Positions 41,401 through 53,400 of a stretch of 64,000 nucleotides of DNA are shown one piece after another. Source of the DNA: Takakia lepidozioides (lineage: Eukaryota; Plantae; Bryophyta); NCBI GenBank assembly GCA_030704615.1, contig CM060731.1, positions 79,670,001-79,734,000 of the forward strand. The letters are read 5' to 3'. The position numbers were made by a program, and so were the translations under genes. The number at the start of each line of letters is the position of its first letter. Positions within the stretch are counted from its first letter, which is position 1. The notes under the pieces are model-generated. The model searched no databases. It saw only the letters and a list, made by a program, of their open reading frames with translations, and had not been told where the DNA came from.

Positions 41401-44400
41401 CTTTCCTTCAGGGAAAAGCTCTTGAGGTAGATGCCCTGAAATTGGAACAGGCACACCACCTGAAATTGGTATCTGAGTTGAAGGCCCAGCTGCAACAGGT
41501 TCTTCTTCAACACATTGTTTTGATTCATGCAGTATCTGTGCTTTGAGCCACTATCTAACTTCTCTTAACCAGGAGATTTGAGAAAGATTTTGACTAAGTC
41601 CCTACCATGTTCCAAATCAGAGTGAGGAGAGGGCGGAGCTGGAAGCAGAGAGGTGTATTCAGCTTGAGTACAAGTTCACAGAGGCCCTACAGGCTGTAGA
41701 GAAATTTCAAAGACAGCTCAAGGTTGTCTACCTAGCCCCCACTTTTTCTTGTTATTATGTATGTCTTGGGTAGCTTCCCTTTTTATCTGGAAGAATTGTA
41801 GGAGGAGTAAGGATTATTGACAGCATCTAGGCTTGGTTATCTGCTATTTCTCTGACATCATCATTAGATGAAAGAGACACTAGTTGCAGCCAAAGGGGGT
41901 GCACGGTAATGAAGGAAGTGTGTCAATATCACAAGTGAAAATTTATTTGCAAAGGTAAAAAATTTCATGTAATAAGATGAGGGAGGGAAAGGACAAGGAA
42001 CAACATGTAGCATCCAGTACTCTGATACCTCTAAGTGCATGAGCCCACCTTTGTAATTGTTCTTTTGATATCTTTCAAAACTTATCACAGACACTGGCTT
42101 ACAGGAAAAGGTAATCATCAGACTGGCATACTCACTCTTCCCCCGGGAGCAGGAAAGGGGATGAGGGAAAATGGGGGGTGATGAGGGAAAGAAGAATGGA
42201 CATAATGGTACCTCCTCGAAGTATGGGACATGTCTTAACCCTCTCGAACTGGGTGAAAACGACCCAGCACACAATTTTTATTCTTGAAAAGCATTTAGCA
42301 CCTCTTCATCAGAAAATGGAGGCTATGACATCACCTTTTAGAAGTCCTCTAGGAAACTCTGCATAAGAGGTAGTCATTGTTTAACAGAGACAGACAATCA
42401 CAGTGTATAAAGGTGAGCATTGATTGCAAATTTGCATCGACGGCTTTTAAAAATACACAGACAGAGAGCTAGAGGAGGGGTGTGGTGTGTGGGTGGACTG
42501 AGATGACTAGAATCTCAATCACTTCTGGCTTTCAGGATTCTGAACTCAGGACTGAGTGGGAAGAAGGGAAGTCCTTCCTTGGAAATCAAGCATCGAAGAA
42601 GAGGCCAGAGCACACAGGGCTTGTGTTGCCGTTGGAGGTGACGGGCAATTCTGATGTTTGTGCATGTGCGATCTCTTGCACTGACCTTTTTCCTGAAGCA
42701 GGACAACATGAATGCCCTCAGGAATCATGGCAAAGACCCCATGAGGCTGAAGTTAGACAGTCGAAGTCAATGGTGCAGCTGCAGAAACAGCTGGACTGTA
42801 TGAAGTCTGTTTTGGAGGAAGAATGGGCCTATCGAAAATGCTTGGAGGAGAAAATTGCTACTTTTAGCAAGCAATTAGATGAGACATCTGTCCCTCATAA
42901 GTGTGCAGAAACTCCCATACCACAAGGACAGGATTTTGAGGGGGTCAGAGAGGTGAAACATTCTGATGCAGTCATGCAGCTCCAAATGGAGCTTGATTGT
43001 ATGGAGGCTGGGTTGGCAGAAGAGTTAGCTGCCAATGGCTGTAAACGGGAAAAAGGTACTCCAAGAAGACAGCAAGGAGCCGAGGAGACCGTCGAGGTTA
43101 AACACTCTGTTACCATCATGCAGCTTCAGCTGGAGTTGGAGTCTGTGGAGATTACTTTGGAAGAAGAACGCGCCCACCTCAAAGAGGTTGAAGCAAATAG
43201 TGCACAACTTGGCAAGCTGTTGGAGGAAGCACTGTCGAAGCTTGAGCAGGAGAAAGCTTTGGTGGAAGCTCGAGAAGGTCAGAAGGTTTTCAGCTTAAGT
43301 GAGCTGGAGACTTTGCAAATAGAGCACAGGAAGGCACTGGAAAGGTTGACAACGAGGGAGGTAAAAGAGTTGGTGCTGAGGAAAAGGACATTTCAGCTGG
43401 CGCAAGAGTTTGGATATGCAGAGAGGGAATTCAAGTTCACAGATATAAAGGGAAATGAAGACAGAGTTGTGGGTGAGGCTGTGCAGTCTGCTGGTAAGGG
43501 GGAGTTGGAGAGAGCAAGAATTGAACCAGAAAAAGCTCAAAAGCTTAGTATTGAGGTTGGGGGACAGGAAGCCTCTTGGCAATCCCAGGAGCAAGACATG
43601 AATGTAACTGGCTCTCCAGCAGAGATGCTAGAGATGGCTGCGTTAAGGAGGCAATTAGCAGAAAAGGAGTTTCTACTAGCAGAGGTGCAGGTGCAGGTGA
43701 CTAAAATGCAAGGGGAGTTAGCAGTGTTGGAAGATGAAAAGGCACAATTCAGCCTAGAGAAGGAAAAGTTTGAGATTGGAGCGATGGACCTGCAAGAGCT
43801 TCGGAGGGCAGAGACACGCTTACATAAGGTAGAAGCTAAGGCCTCAGAGACGCCCGGAGCTCAGGCACAATTGGCAGCAAAGGACGAGTGGAAGGTAGAA
43901 AAAAGAACATTGCTGTCAGTAGCAAATGAGACTGAGCAGCAATATTTGAAGGTGGAAAATGTGTTGAAACCGGCCCAAGATGACCCTGCAAAACTTCAAG
44001 TACAATACAATGAAACAGCAACTCGGGACCTTACAGGACATGTAGAGAGGGCCAGGCTTGAAAGTGAGTTGGGGGAACACCTGGAAGCGATGCAGATGCT
44101 TGCTGATGCATTACAGAGCCAGGTACTTATGTGCCTCTCTTGTTCTGCGTGAAGTCTCCCTTCCTCTCTTTTGTCTTTTGTCTTCGATCCCTTATGGAGG
44201 TCTTCCATTACGAGGATCAGAAATGCTTGGCAGCTTACCAGCATGAGAAGTTGGCTCTGTAGCAATTGGGCAATAGTTACTTTTTGGGCTGCTTGTGCCC
44301 CTCTCTTTTTCTTATTTATTGCTTTCTCGTCTTTGAGCTTTCCGCGACGTCATAGAGTACCATTTCATTCCATTTCCCCCCTCTCTAACCAGATGGTCCG

Positions 44401-47400
44401 CCAGCACTCCGACAGTTCGCATTGGCTACCTTCAGGGGTAGGTCATCACAGCCACAGTTCACATTGAGTACATTACCCACCAGAGGACCAACAGACAAAA
44501 AATGCTGGGTGCACTCAGTCTGCAACCGGCTCTGGGATATAGAGGGCAGAGGGTATTATTTCCCATGGAGTATGCCCATAAGTATCCAAAGATGATGTGC
44601 CTCAAGGTTAGATAAAGCCGTCCAGATTTTAAAAGAAAGTCTTTACCTAAACCTTAATTTGATGCAGGCGTTCAGCCAGAACTGAGACCTAGGGGAGGTC
44701 ACAGCTTTTGGTGTTGTCTTAAGTGTCTAGAAGTAGGAAGGACCAGTGCCTGGTTTTGGGATGCTTTCTAAGAGCTTCTCTATCTCAGAAAAATACCATC
44801 ATTCACAAAAATGGGGCACACACCTAGCTGGATTGACTCTTAATTACAGAGACGCAAAATTCTCTTAGGTTGTACAGTCGACCAGTGGCCAGTTCTTTGT
44901 CATAAAGGGTATGAACAATCTGAGAGGAGTTCCTGCTTGCCTGGAACCCATTACATGGATTCCTCATAACAGATCCACTTTGAAATTTCCTCATCGAGAC
45001 TCTGGGGGTTATGCTCTGTAATTCCCTCAATGTTCACCAATCTTTATCTTTAGGAAAATTTATTAAATTATTAGTCATTTCTGAATAACTAATTTGGGTT
45101 TCACTGTGGACAAATTTGCTCATCATTGTCTATTATTACCTTCCATTTTCTGAGGAAAGGGCAGTTAGCTCCTGTGCTTAGGAGGTCAGCATTCAATGGC
45201 TTGCCAAGGATTTGATTGCACTTTTTGGTTTACAAATTTTTCTCCCCCTCAAGAAGGGAAAAAGGAAAGAAAATGCATTACATCCATAAAGACATTTGCT
45301 GTCAGCCAAAACATTCCAACTCCAACTGATAATAGCTTTCAACCCCCTTGTCCCATGGGCCTCCCTCTCTGTACATTTAAAGGTTTGTTTTTTCCTTCTC
45401 AGATTGACGTAAGTATTGAGGGGAATACGTGTATGGCAGCTGGAGATGAAAGAAGAGGAAACTGCCAAGTTGAAGGAGGAGATGGCAGAGCAAAATCAGG
45501 AGTGGGAGACAGAGAAAGAAAAGCTAATGGTCAAAGCACAGGAGGCAGAGAACCATTCTCTCCACAAAGATCAGGCACTTCTGTCTATGCAAGACAGTCT
45601 AACAACTATTCAAGCTCAGATATCTGAAGCAGAGGTTCGGGAACATGCATTCTCTACACGCATGTCAGAGCTTCTTGGGGTGAAGGAGGAACGCATGATC
45701 CAGAAGTGGCTAGAAGCTGCAGCACTAGCTGAAGTCCAAGACAAGAAGCTCTGTGAAGAAGACCTGGTGGCTGCAGAATCTAGGGTGCAGCTAAAGGAGG
45801 AGAAGGTTACAGCATTGACTAAAGTGTTTGATAGCTTAATCTTGGAGAAGATGTATTTGGATATGGAGAAACAGAGGGTGAGCCAGGATGCTGAGAGTGC
45901 TAAACAAATTATGGCTCAGAAGGAGGAGGAGGTTTCCTCAATTCAAAGAAATATGATTGACGTTGAGGCAAATACAAAGCAAGCTGAAGAGAAATTGCAG
46001 ACACTGACATTGCTTAAGGGTGAGTGCACTCTCTCAGACGGAAATTGGAGGGCAGAGAAAGAGAACCTTGCTGCGGAGATTGAGAAATTGAAGTCATGTA
46101 TGGCTAAAGAGGAGGAATCTACTTTGGAAAAGCAGGTGGAGATTGAATGTCTCCTGGAGGGGATGCAGGAGAAAGAATTCACTGCCTCAAAGGATCTTGT
46201 AGCATTGAAATTGAAGGTGCAGATTATGGAGAGTCGATGGTGCAATGAGTTGAAACAGTTGTCAATGCAACTGAACAAGGCCACCACAGAGTTGTCTCAG
46301 AAAGAAAAAACTGTGTCGATCAGCCAACTGGAGCTTGCAAAGGCCTTTGCATTGCTGGCTGATGCAGAGGAGAGAGTTAATCTTTTGACTGAAGCAAATG
46401 CTGCGATGACTAGGGAGTGGGAAACAGAGAGGGAGATGTTACACTTAGAGAAAGAGCAGCTGCAATTTGAGCTGTCCAGGTGGGAGCAAACTTCTGGAGT
46501 CCTGCAGAAGAGTGACGAACAGGCACTCAGAAGTTTTAGTGAAAACAGATTAGTCACAACAGGTGAAAAGAGCACCAACAAGCAATTTGATAGGCTGCAG
46601 CAAGAGTGTGAGAGGGTAAGGGCAGAGAACAAGGAGCTACAGTTGAAGGTTAGAGAGAAAGATACCATAGTCTTGGCAGTTAAAATGGAGCTTTCTGAAG
46701 GTAGAACAGATCTGAAGGAGTCAGAGGTTGAGTTTAAAAAGTTTTCCAAAGATAGGGAGCAGCTTCAGCAGGTGGATATGGAAGTCAGAAAGCAAATCAA
46801 TGATTTTATGAAAGAGCTCAGTGTTGCTCAAGGGGAGGTTAGTCAGGGAAAGAAGCTGGTGGAGGTGAAGGCTAATCATTTGGTCATGAAGATGCTGCTT
46901 GAAACACAAGAGAGGATGGATGAGGCTCAACGAGAGTGGATGAAGGAGAGGGAACGACTAGAAAGAGAGTGTAAGGAGGCCAAGGTCAATGCCAGTGAGA
47001 AAGCCAGAAAAGCTGAGGATTTGTTGATGAAATTTGAGGTTGGGCAGGCCACATTGCAGGAAGCGGAGCAGCTAGTGAATGCTCTGGTACGGGCAAATGA
47101 GAGTGCCAAGTGCGATGCACAAGCATGCAGAGCCAACAGTGAAAAACTTTCCTTGGCTCACACTGAGGAGACAAAATTTGTACTGTTGGAGACTACGGAA
47201 ATGGTGGCCCTGGCTCAGGAGGAGCTGCGTTTGATTGTGGGTCATTTGGAGAGGGAGATGCAGGCCTCACGGGCAGAGATCCAAATTTTCAAGATGGGGA
47301 TGAAACAAGAAGTCACGAAGTGGAAGGGGGCTCTTGGGGTTCATGTGGCCAAGGTGGTGAAGTTGGGATTGGGTGAAGAAAAAATCCTTGATACTGAGCT

Positions 47401-50400
47401 GATTGATTGGCAACAACAGTATAAAACAGCCAGGGAAGTACTGGCTGAGAAGGAGTCAACTATTAGCAACCTCCAGGCAGAGGTTGAGAAGAGCCATGTA
47501 GTAACTGTGGAGGTTCATAAAACCCTGGCGGACACATTAAAATTCCTACACGAGAAAGAGGAGATGGTCGTGAAGTTGGTCAATCAACTCAATCAGCTCC
47601 CCCAAACTGTACTTGATCTGGAGAAGGAGAAGGCCGAGCTAAAGTCTATGGTTGAAAGGCTCAAATCAGAGGTGACGGAATTTCAGCAGCAAGCTGTGGC
47701 AGCTGAGACAGCTTTGGCTGAAATGGAGCAGATGAGATTAGAGATGGAATCACTACAGAGAGAGCTCAAAGCAATAGAGGTGCTGCAGCAGGAACTTGAT
47801 AGTCAGAGGGACGAGCTACACACCATGGCAGTCCAGAGGAGCAAGCTTGAGGCAAATCTTGCTCAGAAGATTGAAGAGTTGAAAGGGCAGGTAGCCAACT
47901 GGCAAGCAAAGGCTACAGCTCTGGAGGAAGAATCAGAGAAGAAAAGGAAAACCATTGAAAGTCTGGAGGATGAGCTGTTGATGGTGGAGCAAAATATGGT
48001 CCATTCCCTTGAAAATGCTACCGACGACTTGAAGGAGATGCAAATGGAAAGGGACAAGCTTCGCACAGAATTGCTTGTCGTGAATGAACAGCTAGAAATG
48101 GAACAAGTGCTTGCAGATGAGCGAGAATCTATTGCGGCTGAAGCACGCAAGGTAGAATCCCTTGCCATACACTAACTCTTTTCTTTCCATTTCATTTCAT
48201 TTCCTCTCTTTTTTTGGCTCTGGTTTTGTTTCCTCTCTCATGTTTCTTTTTCCATTTTGCCCATAAGCTCTTTGAGCTTTCCGTGGACCTTATAAAGTAC
48301 CATGTCCTTTCATTTCCTTCCCTCTGTTGATGTATTCTGAAGTAGTGCTTGCCTTTTTGCCTTTGGTTGTGTCTCCTCTCTCTTTTTTTTTTGTTCTCTC
48401 TTCTCCATTTTGTCCCATAAGCTCTATGAGCTTTCCGCGGACGTTATAAAGCACCATTTCATTTCATTTCTCTTGTTTTTTGCCATTTTGTCCCATAAGC
48501 TCTTTGAGCTTTCCACGGACGTTATAAGGTACCATTTCATTTTATTTTATTTGTTCTACCTGCCTTGTGACCTTCAATTTTTCTGTAATAAATTTCCTTT
48601 GGGCCTCCCGCAGACATAATAGTACACTACTTTCTTGAGCTTCCCATGGATGCTACAGAGTTACTTTCTTGCTTCGCTCTTTGTCTTTTATTCTTTAATT
48701 GTCAAGCACGGTGGCGATCCCATGATAGAGGCCCTAGTTCTCCTCTTTAACCTTATCTGGAAGAGTGAAATGATCCCCTTTCGCTGGCGACAGGGGGTCA
48801 TTGTCAATCTATACAAGAAGGGTGACAGAGAAGAACCGGGGAACTACCGTGGCATCACGCTCCTCAATGCTGTTGGCAAGACATTCTGCAGAGTTATAAG
48901 TACTCGTCTCGAGGTTGTTCTGGAGTCTAGAGGTTGTTTCCACGAAGGCCAAGCTGGCTTTCGGCGAAACAGGGGCTGTGTGGATCATATCTTCACTCTA
49001 AGCCAGATTATCCTCGAGGATGTGGAAAGTGAGGGATTTGGGTTAAGGGTGGGTGATACCACCATACCAGCCCTTATGTTTGCAGATGACTTCGCAGGCA
49101 TAGGGGAGACTCCAACCAATCTCCAGGAGTTGATTGATTGCGCGAAGAGATACTTTGATCTTTGGGGGCTAGAGGCTAATGTCAGCAAATGTGCAGTGGT
49201 AGCATTCAACGACAGAGGAGAGGGAGGAAGTGATCTTAAGTGGCAGTGGGGTAGCCAAGAGATCCCGGTCCTCCCTTCCTACACTTACCTGGGCGTTGAG
49301 TTCTCCTCCAATTGGAATTGGGATGCACATATCCGGAAAGTTGTTCAAACTGGCAAGGGCAAAGCTCTGGGGCTCACTAAATTTATCCACTGCAGAGGGG
49401 TCAACTCTGAGGTTAAGAAAACCATGCTTTGACGTGTTATTAGACCTGCCTTGGAGTACGGATCTGCTATATGGGTTGATAACTCCAACCAGGCTAAGTC
49501 TCTAGAATCCATTCAAGTCGGGATGCTTAAGGAGTGTATGTCAGCATGCTCCAAAACAGCCAATGTGGCTGTTCGGGGTGAGTTTGGCATTCCGTCCTTA
49601 AGCTCCCGACGAGATAAATTCAAGGTCAGATGGTGGGGTCAGCTGCAACATATGCCCAACACCAGATATCCTAAATTAATCGACTCTATATCTTGGAAAC
49701 AGGACCGCCCTGTCAAACAGGCTAAGTCCTGGCAGAAGAGTGTAGAAGAGATCCTCAAGGACCTGGACCTGGATCCGCAAGTCTTGACCCTGCTGGATAA
49801 ATCTGACTTAGAGGCTGTAGTGTCCTCAGCCATGTCTGTTGCCATGAGATTGTCTGATGAAAATGAAGTTAGGCAGAAAACTTCCCTGAACTTGTTTCCA
49901 GTCTGTGACATGAGGGAGGACATCTTGGATGACCTCAAGGGTCTACCCACTCTCGGCACTAGCCTGAAATTTAAACTCAGGGCAGGAAGCCTACCTTTGA
50001 ACAGCAAACAGAAGCAGAGAGGAAAGGGAGAGTGCAATTGCCCGTTGTGTGGGCAATCTGAAGACAGTATTCATTTTCTGATACACTGTCCGGGGTTCTC
50101 TCACCAAAGAGACGCTCTCTTCAAATCTATTAAGGGAATTGTGCCTGTACCCCTGTTTACCAACTTTGAAAGTCTCGAGGCTGAGCCAAAAGCCCAGGCC
50201 CTCCTGAGGCCTAGTTTTTGGGCAAATCACTCACAGCAGATTGATGCTTGTGTGAAGGGATTTCTAGAGGATATCTGGAAAACCCGGATTAATTCTTTAT
50301 ATGGAGGTAAGTCTTACTACCAACGTCAGCCCCTGACAGAGGTAGGTTCTGTCCCTTTTGTTCCCGCTCAAACTGGGCGCGGGGTCAATGGCCACAAGGC

Positions 50401-53400
50401 TACGGCAAACAACGTCTTATGAGTACAATCTTTAATTGTGGTTTCTGGACTTGTTCCTCTCTCATGTTTCCATTTTGTCCCATAAGCTCTATGAGCTTTC
50501 CGCGGACGTTATAAAGTACCATTTCATTTCATTTCATTTCATTCTTTATGCTTGGCAGCTTACCTGCAGAAGGCCTTCACCCTTAGACAATCACTAGAAC
50601 ATTAGTTCTTATTCTTGGGTTCTGGTTTTGTTTCCTCTCATGTTTTTCTTCCATTTTGTCCCATAAGCTCTATGAGCTTTCCGCGGATGTTATAAAGCAC
50701 CGTTTCATTTCATTTCCATTGTGTCCCATAAGCTCTATGAGCTTTCTGCGGACATTATAAAGCACCATTTCATTTCATTTCATTCTTTCTTGTTTCTTGA
50801 AAATAAAGAACAGTTCTTCTTTTATTGCCCTCTGTATTAGGAGATCCGTGGGAGATTCCACTTTCTATCTGTGGAACTCAATCTCTCACTGAAGTGGCCA
50901 CAAGGCTACGGCAAACAACGTCTTATGAGTACATTCTCTCACTGAAGTCTTCCATTATGAGGATCAGAATTGCTTGGCAGCTTACCTACACGAGGCCTTG
51001 ACCCTTAGGCAATCCCTTGAGCAGTAGTTGCTTTTGGGCTGCTTGTGGGGGTCCCCTCTCTCTGCCATTACGAGGATCAGAAATGCTTGGCAGCTTACAT
51101 TATAATGTTCGCTTAAATTCATTTCATTTCCCATTTCATTTACATGGTTGGATAGAAATTTAACTAGTCCGCTTAGAGTTTAAGTAGTTGGGTCAGGAAG
51201 AAATTAGCACTTGGAGGGAATGAATTTTTATTGTGAGATCCAATGGATCAAATACCTTCCAAGTGCATACACCTATGTTCCAGTAACCAGGGGATCCTTA
51301 TCTTTGCAGGTTGCAGAGCTGAGTAAGACCCATGCTGAAGAGAAGCAGGAGGAAGCAAACATTCTTGGAAGATCTGTGGAAGAGTTGGAGAGTACAGTTT
51401 ATGCTCTGGAGAGCCAAGTATGTTAGTAAACTGCTGTGATGTGTCTTTTCATATGGTTCTTGTTGCTGCATTTTGTCCTGTTTTGTTTCCTCTCTCTTGT
51501 TTTTTCCATTTTGTCCCATAAGCTCTTTGAGCTTTCCGCGGACGCTATAAAGTACCATTTCATTTCATTTTATTTCCCATTTGTGCCTTCTGCAGATGTT
51601 ACAAAGTCTCATTTATTTCTTTCTTTTTCCTCTCATGTTTTCTTCCATTTTGTCCCATAAGCTCTATGAGCTTTCCGCGGACGTTATAAAGTACCATTTC
51701 ATTTCATTTCATTTTTCCTGTGGAGATCAAATATCTCTCTAGATCTCTTCTTCCTCCCACCTTAAAGAATCTCTTGATTTTGAGTTATTTTTGTTTGTTG
51801 ATGTTGTAAAGTACTATTTCTTTTCATTTTGTCACATAAGCTCTTCGAGCTTCTCATTAGAAAGGGTCTTCGCTATTCCTTTCATTTCTTCTCTTGTTTG
51901 TAAGTTTTTTTGCTTGCTTGCTTGCCCTCTCTGCCCATCCCTCAGTTATGAAGGCCAGACATGCTTTGCAGTGTACATCCATGAGGTACATCTGCAGAGT
52001 TTGCTATTATTATTTGCATTGGTCCAGTTCAGGAGCCTACCAAGTATATCACAGAGCTTTAGTATTTGAAAGGTTTTTGGTTTTTTGAATTTCTTTTGGA
52101 ACTTCGTTTCTAAAGCTTAATATTTTTGTTTGCCTCCTGGTTTTGGGGCAGCTGGGAATTCTGAAAAGGGAGACAGACAGGCATCGACTAATGCGAGAGG
52201 ATATGGAGATGGAGCTGCAAGGATTGAAGAATCATATGTCTATAATGCAAGCAGCACTTGACGAAGCTGGAGCCCGTAGTGCTATGGAACTACGGGAGGC
52301 ACAGTCTGCCAGGGAAGAATTGGAAAGGTTGGAGAAACCGTCATTTCTCCTGACATTTGTGTTTTCTTTTGGTAGGACTCTTGTAGCTCATGCTTCATTA
52401 CATGAGCGGTAGGCTTTAGTTCTTTGGTCCTTACAGTCATGTGTGCATGGCAAATAAATGCATGCAAGGTGGTCATGTGGTCTGTCACTTGTGTATGTTT
52501 GAATATATGCACTGTTTTCCAAATGTATATTCCCATAATTGTGTAGGAGACTAGAGGAGAAGGACGCCGAACTGTTACACGTCCACAGGAAGCTGGAGAA
52601 TCTTCAGATAGACTCTCAAGAAAAAGAGGCACAGGTCTGCTTTCACCCTGTCAAATGTCTACCAATTTGTGTCTAAGCAGGATGAGATCCACTTGAGTCC
52701 CAAGTTAACAGCCTGGTCCAAAGCGCACGTTATACCATAAAGTATATCTGTGGACAAACTGCAACTAGAGACCAGTGCATCTAGATTGTACTCATAAGAC
52801 GTCGTTTGCCGTAGCCTTGTGGCCATTGACCCCGCGCCCAGTTTGAGCGGGAACAAAAGGGACAGAACCTACCTCTGTCAGGGGCTGACGTTGGTAGTAA
52901 GACTTACCTCCATATAAAGAATTAATCCGGGTTTTCCAGATATCCTCTAGAAATCCCTTCACACAAGCATCAATCTGCTGTGTGTGATTTACGCAAAAAC
53001 TAGGCCTCAGGAGGGCCTGGGCTTTTGGCTCAGCCTTGAGACTTTCAAAGTTGGTAAACAGGGGTACAGGCACAATTCCCTTAATAGATTTGAAGAGAGC
53101 GTCTCTTTGGTGAGAGAACCCCGGACAGTGTATCAGAAAATGAATACTGTCTTCAGATTGCCCACACAACGGGGAATTGCACTCTCCCTTTCCTCTCTGC
53201 TTCTGTTTGCTGTTCAAAGGTAGGCTTCCTGCCCTGAGTTTAAATTTCAGTCTAGTGCCGAGAGTGGGTAGACCCTTGAGGTCATCCAAGATGTCCTCCC
53301 CCATGTCACAGACTGGAAACAAGTTCAGGGAAGTTTTCTGCCTAACTTCATTTTCATCAGACAATCTCATGGCAACAGACATGGCTTTGGACACTACAGC

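Larger units (their letters stand above)
48180..52000 (+). mobile_element. Tandem/nested arrays of family-A 3' ends, sense, in two kinesin introns either side of exon 51310-51417 (contains family-B insertions)
   Basis: Units CCATTTTGTCCCATAAGCTCTATGAGCTTTCCGCGGACGTTATAAAG(C/T)ACCATTTCATTTC at ~48255, 48408, 48485, 50472, 50653, 50722, 51508 and 51646. Confidence 0.88.

Noticed and set aside
45403-45439. Strong-looking acceptor TTCTCAG at 45402 as the start of the giant exon
   Set aside because: It is out of frame with the phase-0 donor at 44122; the CAG at 45437-45439 keeps the frame.
45943-48168. Several 60-150-aa minus-strand ORFs
   Set aside because: They are antisense shadows of the Glu/Lys-rich coiled-coil exon, with Ser/Phe-rich composition and no motifs.
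42482-48175. 556-aa and 919-aa ORFs as independent genes
   Set aside because: Both have in-frame GT-AG boundaries (42536-44122, 45440-48151) linking them into the kinesin-12 gene.
48255-51715. Recurring hairpin-containing ~65-nt unit with variable spacers, superficially CRISPR-like
   Set aside because: The unit is the 3' UTR and tail of the LINE at 54034-55510. Spacing is irregular, the context is a eukaryotic intron and there are no cas genes.
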